From Akkermansia sp. (GTDB taxonomy: Bacteria; Verrucomicrobiota; Verrucomicrobiia; Verrucomicrobiales; Akkermansiaceae): a stretch of DNA of 64,000 nt. Position 1 is the stretch's first letter, and every line of letters starts with the position of its first letter. This document shows positions 1-11,200 of the stretch, piece by piece. Below the pieces are notes generated by a model. It was not told the DNA's origin, did not search any database, and was given only the letters and a program-made list of their open reading frames with translations. Location: contig JAFQGD010000002.1 in NCBI GenBank assembly GCA_017398355.1, forward strand, positions 6,926 through 70,925, read 5' to 3'. The position numbers and the translations under genes are program-made.

Positions 1-2
1 AT

Positions 3-2198
3 GCCGGGGAAAGCGCCCAAGAAGCTCCATTTGCCTTTCTGGCCACTTTTGTACACAAAGCAGGGCAGGATGGCAGCGCACGCCATGCCCCACTGGGAAT
101 GGCCCCTCAGCTGCTTCAGGAAGGCTCCCATGCGGCCTTGCTGGCCTTGCTACAGCCCTTGCAGCAAGTGGCAGCAGAGCATGCTTTCCTGCGCGAGCTC
201 ATCGATTCAGGCGGGGTATATCGCGTCTGCGCATGGAATGCCCGCCAAGCATATTGTTTTTTAGAATGCATCCCGGCTTTGGAACGCGCCGGGATAGAGA
301 CACGCATCGTCAATCTCTGGCGCACCCTTCCTCCGCGGGCAGAATTGGAAGTGGCGCTGGAGCCCGGGGATTCCACGCACGCCAAGGCAGATGGAGCACC
401 CGCGCTGAATGTGGGTTCGCTGCTGCGTTTTATCCCCCGTGTGGCGCTGGGAAACCATTATCTGAGCGAAGATGAGCTCGCAGCCCTGCTTGCCGGGGAT
501 GATGGCTTGGTGCGCTTCCGGGGAGATTGGATACGGCTGGATAAAGAGAAACTGCAGAGGCTGCTGGACTCTTGGCGGCAAGCCAACCGCATGGCTGCCG
601 GGGGCATCCCCCTCATCGCCGGGCTGCGCTACCTCCTGGGGCACCGCAGCGAGGCCCTGCCCCAGCTTCCCCCACCGGAAGAAGGGGTACGCATCATCCC
701 CGGAGAGCGCCTGGCACAAGCGCTCCAATCCCTCACCTTGGCTGCCCCCACCCCGCAATTGCCGCCCAATTTGGAGGCCATCTTGCGCCCCTACCAACGG
801 GAGGGGGTGCGCTTTTTGCTCGGAGTCACCGAGACCGGTTTTGGCGCTTGCCTGGCAGATGACATGGGCTTGGGGAAGACCCTGCAAGTGATAGCGTGGC
901 TGGCACACCTGCACCAAAGCGGGGCGCTGGATAAGGGGGCGGCGCTCATCGTAGCGCCGGCCTCCCTGCTGGAAAACTGGCAGGAGGAGCTGCGCCGCTT
1001 TGCTCCCGGGCTGCGGGTGCAAGTGCTGCATCCCTATGCACTCACCCCTGCCGATGAACACTACCTGCGCACCAACCCGGCATGGCTCTTGCGCCGGGGT
1101 CATGTAGCCCTCACCACCTACGGCATGGTCACCCGCAATGAGTTGTTGCAACAGTGCCATTTTCCCGCCGTGGTGCTGGATGAAGCCCAGGCCATCAAGA
1201 ATGCGGATTCGCAACGCAGCCGGGCCATTGCGCGCCTTTCTGCACCCCGCCGCGTGGCGCTCTCCGGCACTCCGGTGGAAAACTCCCTCTCAGAATTGCG
1301 GAGCCTCTTTGAGTTCCTCACCCCGGGATTGCTGGGCACAGAAAAAGAATTCAACGCCATGGTGCGCAGCTTGGGTGCGGATTATGCCCCCTTGCGGCGC
1401 CTCATACGCCCTTTCATGCTGCGCCGCCTCAAGAGCGATTCATCCCTGCTGCCGGAGCTACCGCCCCGCAGCGAAAAAGCGGCCTATTGCCTGCTCACCC
1501 CCGAACAAACGCGCCTCTACACCCACGAGGTAGAGCACCTGCGCGCCGTCATCACCGAGCCCGACCCTCAAACACGCCTCACGCTTGTGTTGCCCATCCT
1601 CGGCCGCCTCAAGCAAATCTGCAACCACCCGGCCCAATACCTGGGAGAAGAGTACATGGACCCCGCCCGCAGCGGCAAAATGATGCGCCTGGCTCGCTTG
1701 GCCGAACAGATTGCCGCCACGGGGGATGCGTGTCTGGTATTCACTCAATACCGCAGCATCATGCCGGCTCTGCATGATATGCTGGCAGAAATTTTCGGCG
1801 CACCGGGACTTATGCTGCATGGTGGCACACCCATTGCCGAGCGCCAGCAGCTTGTGAGCCAATTCAGCCAACCCGGCGGCCCGCCTTTCTTCATCCTTTC
1901 CCTCAAAGCAGCCGGTACCGGCCTCAACCTCACCCGCGCCTCCCACGTCATCCACTTCGACCGCTGGTGGAACCCCGCCATTGAAAACCAAGCCAGCGAC
2001 CGCGCCTACCGCATCGGCCAAAAAAAGCATGTGGTCATTCACCCCCTCATTTGCCGCGGCACCATCGAGCAAAATATCCACACCATGCTCACCCGCAAAA
2101 GCGCCTTGGCAGATGCCCTGCTTGGCTCCGGGCTGGAGTCCCTGCTCTGCCGCCTCTCCCCGCAGGAATTGCTGGAAATTGTTGGCCAAGGGGTATAA
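3..2198 (+). CDS. SNF2-family (SWI2/SNF2) helicase/ATPase, 5'-partial
   Basis: Helicase motifs LADDMGLGKT, DEAQAIKN, ALSGTPVEN, SLKAAGTGLNL and HFDRWWNPAIENQASDRAYRIGQ. The frame is open from position 3 (EAPFAFLATF) to the ORF-track ATG at 99, so the gene starts upstream of the window. Confidence 0.93.
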   Translation, partial: AGESAQEAPFAFLATFVHKAGQDGSARHAPLGMAPQLLQEGSHAALLALLQPLQQVAAEHAFLRELIDSGGVYRVCAWNARQAYCFLECIPALERAGIETRIVNLWRTLPPRAELEVALEPGDSTHAKADGAPALNVGSLLRFIPRVALGNHYLSEDELAALLAGDDGLVRFRGDWIRLDKEKLQRLLDSWRQANRMAAGGIPLIAGLRYLLGHRSEALPQLPPPEEGVRIIPGERLAQALQSLTLAAPTPQLPPNLEAILRPYQREGVRFLLGVTETGFGACLADDMGLGKTLQVIAWLAHLHQSGALDKGAALIVAPASLLENWQEELRRFAPGLRVQVLHPYALTPADEHYLRTNPAWLLRRGHVALTTYGMVTRNELLQQCHFPAVVLDEAQAIKNADSQRSRAIARLSAPRRVALSGTPVENSLSELRSLFEFLTPGLLGTEKEFNAMVRSLGADYAPLRRLIRPFMLRRLKSDSSLLPELPPRSEKAAYCLLTPEQTRLYTHEVEHLRAVITEPDPQTRLTLVLPILGRLKQICNHPAQYLGEEYMDPARSGKMMRLARLAEQIAATGDACLVFTQYRSIMPALHDMLAEIFGAPGLMLHGGTPIAERQQLVSQFSQPGGPPFFILSLKAAGTGLNLTRASHVIHFDRWWNPAIENQASDRAYRIGQKKHVVIHPLICRGTIEQNIHTMLTRKSALADALLGSGLESLLCRLSPQELLEIVGQGV

Positions 2199-2233
2199 AA
2201 ACGGCTGCTGCATGGTCCCCCCACGCAGCAGCC
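2197..2233 (-). terminator. Intrinsic terminator between convergent genes
   Basis: 9-bp stem GGCTGCTGC (2203-2211) / GCAGCAGCC (2225-2233) with an A-tract on its left, which is a U-tract for the minus-strand gene. Confidence 0.6.
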
Positions 2234-2255
2234 TAGCATAAAGTCTGTTTCAATA

Positions 2256-2777
2256 TCAATCTTCCATCATTTTGATGAACACCTGCACAGCCGGGGCGAA
2301 CTCCTCCGGGGCTTCATCAAACGAACGCTTGGAGGCATCCTCATAATCCTCCATGTATTTCTCCAAATTCTTGCCCACAATGGCTCGCTGCTTGGCAAAG
2401 GGTTTCTGCGCCTCGCGGATTTCATCCATCGTCAGTTTGCGGTCTGTCACCGTGACATCAGCCTTGGCACCGGGACCATACAATACCAAATACGGCTCTG
2501 CCATCTTCTCCAGCTTCTTGGCCATTTTTTCCGCCTCTGCGGGCTTCTTGGCTGCCTTTTTCACCATGGCTGCTGCCTTCTTGGCAACGACCAATTCTTT
2601 TTTCACCCACCCGGCCAATGCAGACTGGCGCTTCTTATCCACCTTGGGAGTCTCCTCCTCCGCGGCGGCTGTCTCCTCCGTCTTTTCTTCAGTAGCCTCG
2701 TCCTGCGCCATCACAGGGGCACTCACCAGGCAGAAAAGACCCAGCATCCATGCAGCAAATAAAGTTCTCAGTTTCAT
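2256..2777 (-). CDS. Exported Lys/Glu/Ala-rich helical hypothetical protein
   Basis: Start moved to MKLRTLFAAWMLGLFCLVSAPVMAQ, a Sec signal peptide. TTGAAA-18-TATGAT promoter lies 12 nt upstream. Confidence 0.7.
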   Translation of the reverse strand: MKLRTLFAAWMLGLFCLVSAPVMAQDEATEEKTEETAAAEEETPKVDKKRQSALAGWVKKELVVAKKAAAMVKKAAKKPAEAEKMAKKLEKMAEPYLVLYGPGAKADVTVTDRKLTMDEIREAQKPFAKQRAIVGKNLEKYMEDYEDASKRSFDEAPEEFAPAVQVFIKMMED

Positions 2778-3022
2778 AAGCGTGCCGCCATCATAACACA
2801 CGCCTCCCCCGCTTTTCAAGCTTGAATTTTGAGCATCTATGGCTTTATCAATCCAAAAAAGTGCCGCCGGAGCCACTCCCGACAAGTACAGTCTGAATAC
2901 CGTTGCTACCTCTCGGTCCTGGCGGGGTTTTCCAGCTGCACCTCCGGGGAACCCCGACGGCAGGGGCATTGTGCCACATGGCTCCCTGACCGTCAAGTTG
3001 AAAATATGATTTACCGGGGCAA

Positions 3023-3976
3023 TTATCTTTTTTTCAGGGCAGCCAGTGCGGCTTTGAGGGCACCCCAGTAGCCGGCAGATTCAATGGAGACGGTAAATTT
3101 GCGGTACCCACACCAGCGGTAGTACCAGCCCAGCGCAGCGTGAGCCGCCAGCTTCATCCACTTCTTCAGCAGAAAACGGGGGCTGTGGAAAATCTTGGCA
3201 AAAGTAGCGGCATCCACAAAGGTGACCGGCCAAGAGTCCTGCCCCAACGCGCCGATACCGTGTTGGATTTCATGGTGCTCTATATCAGAGTAATACAAGC
3301 CTTGTGAACACAGATTGGGGTAGCAGCCCAAGATGGTTCGCTTGGCTACCCGGCCAAATTCATTGGCAATCCATGAATCATACGATAAGTGCGTAGCCTG
3401 CCATTCCCACACATTCTCCTCTGTGGGCAAATCATTCAGCATATCATCATAGGCTGAGGCATGCACAATGTAACAATGGGCGCACAATGGCCCCATGATG
3501 CGGGCAGCCGTTACCTCCCCATGTGGCGTGTTGATTTGTTTGACGGGGGAGGCCAAGGGATAATACGGAGTACTGCCCAAAAAGAACATCTGCCAGTAGC
3601 TCTGCTCTTGCATCACCTCTACCAGCATTTGCCCTATGTCTCCACTCAGTGAATCATGAAACACGGCATCATCTTCCAAGATAAGCACACGTTCCCATTG
3701 GTGGTCCTTGGCATACTGCACACACCTGCGGTGTGACAGCAAACACCCGGCGCGCCCTGCCCAGAACAAGCTCTCCTCCTCCGTGCAACCCGCAAAATAC
3801 GGTCCCTGCTTGTAGTCCGGCAGCATTTTGCCCCAGGTGGCGCTGATGCGGTGTATCTTACCGGCCGGCACATGGGTCAATTGTTTGCAAAGCTCCTGCC
3901 AACGATCCGTGCGGTGATCCAGATTAATCACGCATACACCATCAATATAATCCCAAAACTGCACCACTGTACTCAT
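3023..3976 (-). CDS. Glycosyltransferase family 25 (LPS/LOS biosynthesis type)
   Basis: VINLDHRTDRW, GCLLSH and ILEDDA motifs. Start at 3976 overlaps the GT4 stop codon (ATGA). Confidence 0.85.
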   Translation of the reverse strand: MSTVVQFWDYIDGVCVINLDHRTDRWQELCKQLTHVPAGKIHRISATWGKMLPDYKQGPYFAGCTEEESLFWAGRAGCLLSHRRCVQYAKDHQWERVLILEDDAVFHDSLSGDIGQMLVEVMQEQSYWQMFFLGSTPYYPLASPVKQINTPHGEVTAARIMGPLCAHCYIVHASAYDDMLNDLPTEENVWEWQATHLSYDSWIANEFGRVAKRTILGCYPNLCSQGLYYSDIEHHEIQHGIGALGQDSWPVTFVDAATFAKIFHSPRFLLKKWMKLAAHAALGWYYRWCGYRKFTVSIESAGYWGALKAALAALKKR

Positions 3977-5175
3977 GAAATAATGGCTTGGTAAAATTGT
4001 TCTAATGTACTGATTTTTGAATCCCACGTCATATGCTGCCGGAGCCAGTCGCAGCGCTCGGCATGCCATTGCGGCAAGCGTGTGGTATCTGCAGCTTCTT
4101 GCAAAGCAGTAGCAATAGCCTGCTCCATAGCAGCAGAGCTTGCCTGCACCGGCACCTTGCGGCAAAACATTTCCGGCAACCATTGCTGGCTTGGTATATC
4201 TAAGCAAACGATGTTGCACCCCTGTGCCAATGCCTCCAGCAAAGCCATGCTGCCACTATCCCGGTACACGCAGGAAAGCATGGCCGTGGCCTGCTGCATG
4301 TAGGCCAGCATACAGTCGCGGCTCACCTGCGGCTCCAGCTGCAGGGCTTCTCCCGGGAGGGATATACTCTGCGCGTATTGGCGAATGGTGGCTGCATCTG
4401 CCGGCGGCACACCCACCATGCGCAGCGCCATGCGCGCTCCCCCGGCCCAAAGCCGCCGGAAAGCACGCAGCGCAAGCCAAGTGCCCTTTTGCGGGCGGGC
4501 CAGCCCACCATCGAACAAGATGTAGGGAGAAGTGGCATTTGCACCCGCAGGGCTCTCCACAATTTCATGCTCGTGGATGGCAATAGCCGGGCAAATGATG
4601 GGCGCTACCGGCAGGGCTTTCAGGCGCTCTGCTGTGGCGCTGTTGCTCACCAGCACCTGCCCCCGCGAGCGACTCCGCTTGCACCTGGAAACCAAGGGCA
4701 TAGCATCCCACGGTACATAGCGCAGCGCCTCTTTGATGCGCATCTTGAGCGGTAAATCCCCATAGCGCATCAGCGGTGGCGGTATCAACTCCGCCCCGCC
4801 CACAGGCCCTATCACATAGGGCAAATCAGCGGCAAAGACATCTTGTATGTTGCGGTATTGGTTGAAAGTGACATGGTGGACCACATCGTACTTCTCCTTG
4901 CTTGCTGCCCGCTTGATGACCGCGCCTATCTTCCGCTGCCACTGCCTGTATGAAGCCGAGCCGGGATAATAGCTTACACCGCAATCCTCCTCTATCAAGC
5001 GGATGTTGAGCCCTTCTTCTGCGATGGCTCGGTGGTTGCTCTCCCCAAATTCATGGGTGGTCACCACCGTCACCCCATGACCCCGCCGCGCCAAGCCGCA
5101 AGCAACATTCCACCCCACCCCGGCCTCGCTGCCACGGTGTGCACCAAATGAATAGGATGAAAGCAAAATATTCAT
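3973..5175 (-). CDS. Glycosyltransferase family 4 (GT-B)
   Basis: N-terminal GSEAGVGWN, VHHVTF, IGPVGGAE; C-terminal DSGSMALLEALAQG (EX7E-like region). Confidence 0.88.
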   Translation of the reverse strand: MNILLSSYSFGAHRGSEAGVGWNVACGLARRGHGVTVVTTHEFGESNHRAIAEEGLNIRLIEEDCGVSYYPGSASYRQWQRKIGAVIKRAASKEKYDVVHHVTFNQYRNIQDVFAADLPYVIGPVGGAELIPPPLMRYGDLPLKMRIKEALRYVPWDAMPLVSRCKRSRSRGQVLVSNSATAERLKALPVAPIICPAIAIHEHEIVESPAGANATSPYILFDGGLARPQKGTWLALRAFRRLWAGGARMALRMVGVPPADAATIRQYAQSISLPGEALQLEPQVSRDCMLAYMQQATAMLSCVYRDSGSMALLEALAQGCNIVCLDIPSQQWLPEMFCRKVPVQASSAAMEQAIATALQEAADTTRLPQWHAERCDWLRQHMTWDSKISTLEQFYQAIIS

Positions 5176-5193
5176 TGCACCGTTCTCCCCTCT

Positions 5194-5222
5194 AAGCTAC
5201 TTATTTTTCCCGAAGGGGTCAA
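5194..5222 (-). promoter_or_regulatory. sigma70-like promoter for the GT4-GT25 operon
   Basis: TTGACC-17 nt-TAGCTT on the minus strand, 18 nt upstream of the ATG at 5175. Confidence 0.55.
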
Positions 5223-5271
5223 GTAAAAAGAAACTTCACCGGCTGTTTGAAACGCTTCTGAAGCTCTCTTT

Positions 5272-8200
5272 TCAAGAACGGCGGCGGCGAGCCAGCAAGG
5301 TAGAAAGTGCCAACAAGCTGAGGGTTGTTGTCGTAGGCTCCGGCACAGCAATGTATATCATGTAGGGGGATACATTCATACCCAAATCGGCCGATACTTG
5401 GGATGAGGCTAGCCAACGCTCCGTTATATCATGGCCACGGGCATCCACCAACACGCGATTTTGGGAAAGGAAGTTGCCGTTGTCATCTTCAAAAAGGAAC
5501 TGCCCATCCGTACCGCCAATCTGAATCGCTACATACTGCGCACCATGGTGGTATGCGTGGTGCAAGAAGTAATCAGACGTCAGGTGGATGGTGAGAAGAC
5601 CATCTGCACCGTTGTTGAAGGCTTGCACGTTCACATCTTGAAACTGGTTTACCTGGGCCAATACCAAGCCCTTGTGATTGGTGATGTAGGGGGCAATATC
5701 CGTCACCGTGATATCCACCGTTGTGTTGGCGCTCACATACACAGTCTCACCGGCAGCGGCAGGCGGGGTACCATCGGCATCCACATAAATATCATAAAAA
5801 TCCTGCAAGCCGAACACGGTCTCTGCGGCCAGGGGCATGACTGCATAGGGGTCTGTCGTGCCTTTCACGGTGGTGTGAGAGGCCACATAAACCATATCGC
5901 TCATGTCCAAACTAGCGTTTTCCTTCAGCTCAACAAGGCTATAGTGGAAATGGGTATGATGCACCTTGTGCGTACCCTCATCTGTATGAGCTGTGAGGTG
6001 TACATAGCGAGCCTCATTGGTATGCTCTGCATCACCCCCCAAGGTAGCAGCTGTGCCGGAAAGATCTGTATGCACATGGTTCATGGTGGCACCATCTGCC
6101 ACAGGTACGGCATCTTGATGCGCCCGGACAGACATTTGAATACCTTCAGCCTCCAAATCCAAGGTATCAAGCTTGCTTCCATCTGCGTTGGATAAGGAGG
6201 TTTTCTCTGCACCGCCCAGTAAAAGAGAACCACCCTGTGCGCCAAGACGCAGCTGCTCAATGTACTGTGTTTTAGCATTTTCTACTACCTGCATGGCTGC
6301 ATCTATACCATCAAGCGTAGCCGTCAGAGATGATTCGGCCGAGGCAGATTCCAACACCTGCAAGACTGTGCGGTTCTGTACCTTGATATCGCCGCTCAGC
6401 ATGTTGTGGTCGCGTATGGCAATATAACCCAACCCATCTGCAATCTCCGTTTTTTCTTCTTCCGATGCACCGGGGCTGATTTGGCTGTTGTTGAAGGTCA
6501 CCGACACACCTTGACCGGTCAGCTTGCCAAGTAGCTGGATGATATGGCTGCTGCCAAAGTGGTCAAAATGCTCATGAGCCGTGCCATCTTCTTCAATGTG
6601 AGCATGGTCTGCATGATCTGAAGTAATGTAGGGGTCCGGCGTGTAGTTGTGAGCATTGATGGTAACGGAAGAGTTAGGGGAAATATCCACCTGCGTATCT
6701 GTGAACCAATCCGTATGCGCCGTCACCAAGGCACCATCCTGCAACTGTACCCAGCCTTTGTTATCCGTGGTCACGCCGGGTTTGATGGTACTCCATGCAT
6801 CGAATTTCGTGATACCGTCATCCTCAAAGAGCCGCGTATCCATCGAGAGGATACCGCCCGCCCCCACGGTGAGGGCGTATACCGTGCTCAAATTGCTCAC
6901 AGAACCCACAAAGATGCGCTGCCCCGCACCGGAATAAATGGTGCGCACCTGCAACGCGTGGTCTACCACAAATGTGCCGCCTGCTACATCCAACTCATCC
7001 AACCAAGCATCATACACACTCTGGGTGGTACCGGCACCTTCCTTGCGTACGCTCAAATCACCTAATGTACCGCAGCCGTAGTGGTGACACGTTTCACCCA
7101 CCATGGGAATATCATCGCGGTGGGTCGTATCATAATTGGTGGTGCGCTGGAATTCACCATAGCCCAAAGCACCGTCATAGTCACCATCCTTCAAACCACG
7201 GATGACGAGGGTAATACTCTTTTCCTCGCTCATATTGACAACGGAGGAGTTGATAGGGCCACCATCGTTACCGGCGCCAACCAACGAGTTGATGATAGCC
7301 TCTTGCGTATCGGCATAGGCTGCACCCTCAATGGCATCCAAAGCCAAAACCGTACGCTCCGTACCGTTTGCAACAGAAAGGTCTATGTTGGTCTTTGTCC
7401 AGTCCTTGGTGGCCACTTCATCCTGCGAAGTATCGGATTTGGAGGTGGTCATGATTTCCAGCTGCACCTTGCCGCCAGCTGCATCTGTGGCAGCCCCCCA
7501 TAAGTTACCATCCATGCAGATGGTGCCGGCAAAGGTGCTGGGGTCCAGCACTTTGAACACAGCATAAGTCCACGCCGGGCGGTCGCGCCCCTCCAGCGTC
7601 TCCATATCCTCTCCGCTCGTGGGAGCAGATACGCCATACAAAGTTACAACTGTATCGGATTCACCATGTAGAGAACTGAGTACCAATTTGTTATCGTGTG
7701 AATTAGCTATACGTGCATCCACCACGGTATCGTAATCAGCATTGTTGGGGTCCACATACACATTGGCAATGACAGGGTTGCTAATGGTGCAAGTGACCAT
7801 GCCCTCACCAATATAAGCGCCGCCATATGCTTCTTGCCACGCCTTATCAACCTGATCATCATTAAAATCACCCCAAAGGGTAGCACCATTGAGAATGGTG
7901 ATATTGCCGATACCCAGAGCATCTTTGTTCTGCATGACCAACACACCACCCTGCAACCAAGAACCACCGCTATAACTATTGGCCGTAGCAATCACTGCCA
8001 TGCCATCACCCATTTTTTGGAGGGTGGTCTTCCAGTTACCATTAAAATGATGACCTGTCAACTCAACCGGTGCAGCATCGCGTATGCTACCGCTGCCATA
8101 GAAGTAGTAGTTGGTGGCATCTTGTGTACCGCTCACACCGGCCAAAGTATACTCTGAGTTGAGGATAATTGAGACGGGAGCCACCTCTCCTTCAATCTGT

Positions 8201-11200
8201 ACTTTCTGGAAACCAAGGGGCAACTTGACAGAACCATCCACCTTGAACCCATCTTCCTCTGATACCACCACACCGCCATGCAGCGGAGCATTCACCTTGA
8301 CTGTTTCAGCACTGTTTTCTAGGATGGTATTTTCTTTCCAATTTTCCGGCTGGTAGAGGTTACCAAACAATACCACTTGGCCATTTTCAAAGGGTAATTG
8401 CTCTTTCCAGCGTTTATCAAATGTGGTGATAGCTCCTTCTTCTTTGGGAGCAGAGGCAGCCCAGGTGTATGTATCAGTCATGCCGGACCATGTGCGGCGC
8501 GGATCACCACTCACCGTCATCACCAGGTAATCTCGTGTCCCGGCATCTGCGGTCGATACGTCATCCATCGTGTCCAAGATACCGAAATAACCATAACCTA
8601 ACGAAATTAAGCGCTCTGTAAAAGCGGAGGAATCCTCCGTTTTGGTAATCGAGCCGTCCTCCCCGTAAGTGACAATGGAAATATCATTGGCAGCGGCCAA
8701 ATAATATGTTTTGTCGGAAAAATCCTCACTTGAGAAATCCACTCCGCTGAAGTTAATGGACACATTGGAGGGGTTATTTACCATCGACAAATCACCCGAT
8801 ACATCTAACAGCACTTGTTCCTTGTTGGTAGAGGGGATGACGTCTTCCACGCGGAATGTGAGGGCAGCACCCGGTTTCAACGCAACATCACCCTCCAACC
8901 AAGCGGTCTTTATGCTTTGATTTGCCCCCGAATTTCGGGTGTAAACAGTCAAAGTCTTGGATTCATTGATGGTGACAAGACGGCTCGTGGGTACAACGGC
9001 ATAGCTCTCGCCATCCTGACTCTTGAATGAGGATGTGGTATCTGCCGCAATGGGTGTCCAGTTCACAGCTCCGTCTGTATTTTCAGCCGTGGCACCCAGC
9101 TGCAGGGTTGTACCCCCCTACCAGGTTCATGTTTCCTTGTAAATCCAAGTTATTGAAACCCAATGTACCACCATAAAGATAAACATCCTGCAACAAGGCG
9201 GTGTGAATGTATTGAGAAGAAGCGCTGCGCTTCGTAATACTCAGCTCTGTAAGGCCATTGTGGAAGCCGCTCTGTTGCTGGGTCCAGAAAGAATCCGTCT
9301 CTGCCGGGCTCGTTTCAAAGCCATCGCCCCAGAAAATGTGGCCCTCGGTAGGCTCAGCATAGGATTGGGCATACCCCATGGCGCCGGAGTAAACATACTT
9401 GGCCGTAGCATCATCTTCTTTCGCGCCAATGGTTAGGTTGGTAGTGGCATTCACAACCGTGCGCACATGCCACACTTCTTCATTCTGGGCAAAGGTGTGG
9501 AATTCACCTTTTTCAATGGCATCGCCATTCTTATCAATGTAGATGTAGCCGGAGCCATGAAAATCTGCCTTGAGGCCACGCAGGCCCACATTGCCGGAAA
9601 GCACCAAAATGTTACTGTAAGTCTGGCGGGTCTTCCCGTTATCTTGAGTCAGGGGTACACCGGAAAGGAGAGTACTATCCATCACCACGCTCTCACGCGT
9701 CAAATCCAAAAGAGCATGTTGTAATTTATTGTCCTGCAATACCACCTGAACCGAACCGGCTGTTCGCTGGTCGATGCAGTTAGAGCGCAAAGGTGAGGTA
9801 TTGATGGTATTTTTCAGCTCCACGGTACCGTTGAATGTGCTCACGACATCCTTGTTGCTCTTCGTGGACTCATTGAGGAGAATGGAGGTAATGTAGGAGG
9901 AATCATGGTACCCACCCCAAGTGGAACAATAACCGGTGAGGATGAGTTTATCTGTCTTCTTGCCGGTACCCATCAACGCTCCGCTTACAGTAAGGTGACG
10001 CCAGTGGCGAGGCAGGTTCTCATGGTTCTGCGTGCCGGCATGAGTATAGGCGGCTGTGGAAAATGAGATGGTGAGCTGCCCGGCCTTGCTCGGGTCGTTA
10101 TCCACCATCACAATATCATTGGTGATGGAGGGAGAGCGGTAACCGGAGGTGTGGCCGGTCTCATGCAAATAACACACCATGATTTCCGTACCGGTCACGG
10201 TGCGTGAAATCCACTGTCCGTCCTCACTTTGATTCGCGGTGGTGTTGCTCTGCCAAAGGGGCAAATCCCATGTGTTATCCGTATGCACGGTAATGGCACC
10301 TTGGCCTGCAGCCCCCACAGCTGCCAGATAGAGACCACCTTGGTTCACCTCTATACCACCGGTAAAGGTATTGTAGGAGCCCAATACCAGCATGGCCTCG
10401 CCATCTTTCACTATTTTAGTGGGTGTCACGCTGCCATCTGCCGCTACATGATCGGTGATGGTGATTTCTCCATCCGTAGCATCCAAAGCATAGCCAAATT
10501 TCAGGCGCGCTTCGCCCCCGTTGCTCACAATACCCAAATTTTCATTGGCCGTCACATGGATGTGCCCGGGGGCCACTTGCCCCTCAATCAGCACGATGCG
10601 TCCCTCAGCCCCCACGGTGTCGCCATGATAGTTTGTATCACCAAAATTCACTCGGATACCATCTACATACACACCGGGGCCTTTGCCATAGCTCTGCTCA
10701 TGCCAGCCGGTGTTTTCGCTGCTGCCATCTGCCCGCCAGGTATTGCCCAGCACCATGCCGCGATGCTCTTCCGGGGTAGTGCCGGCAATTTCCCCACTCC
10801 ATATATACCCCACGGCGGGGTCTACAACAGGTGGCCATACATCCTTCACCAAGTCAATGTATACGGTGTTGCCCTCCGTACGCAATGTGCCGTTGTATGC
10901 ATGGCCATCTACCGTGTTCAAATAAATGCCGCTGCTTTCATTTTGACTCAGCGTGGCTGCATTGTTCAGGGTGGCAAAGACTAGGGTGGCTGTGTCTTCT
11001 TCCAGTTGCCACCCGTTCAGGGTCATATCACTCCCAAAGTTTACACTTGTACCATCCAGGTTGAACCATGGTGTATCAAGTTCAGGAGCGGTGCCATTGT
11101 ACACAAAAGCCTCGCTTATGCTTAAGCTCCCGCTTCCTGTCAGGTTGACTGTTTTGCCGGTACCCAACCCGTTTAATTGCAATTCTGCAACTGCCGTGTT

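Noticed and set aside
2778-2996. N-terminal extensions in the ORF track (also 3977..4219, 32532..32600, 49735..50079, 53181..53267 and 59529..59681)
   Set aside because: They overlap neighbouring genes or run through the gene's own promoter; signal peptides or family motifs begin at the later start codon.
5272-9066. Independent 1,264-aa gene starting at GTG 9066
   Set aside because: It has no signal peptide, promoter or SD, and its frame is open back to the G6 tract, where it joins the upstream ORF.
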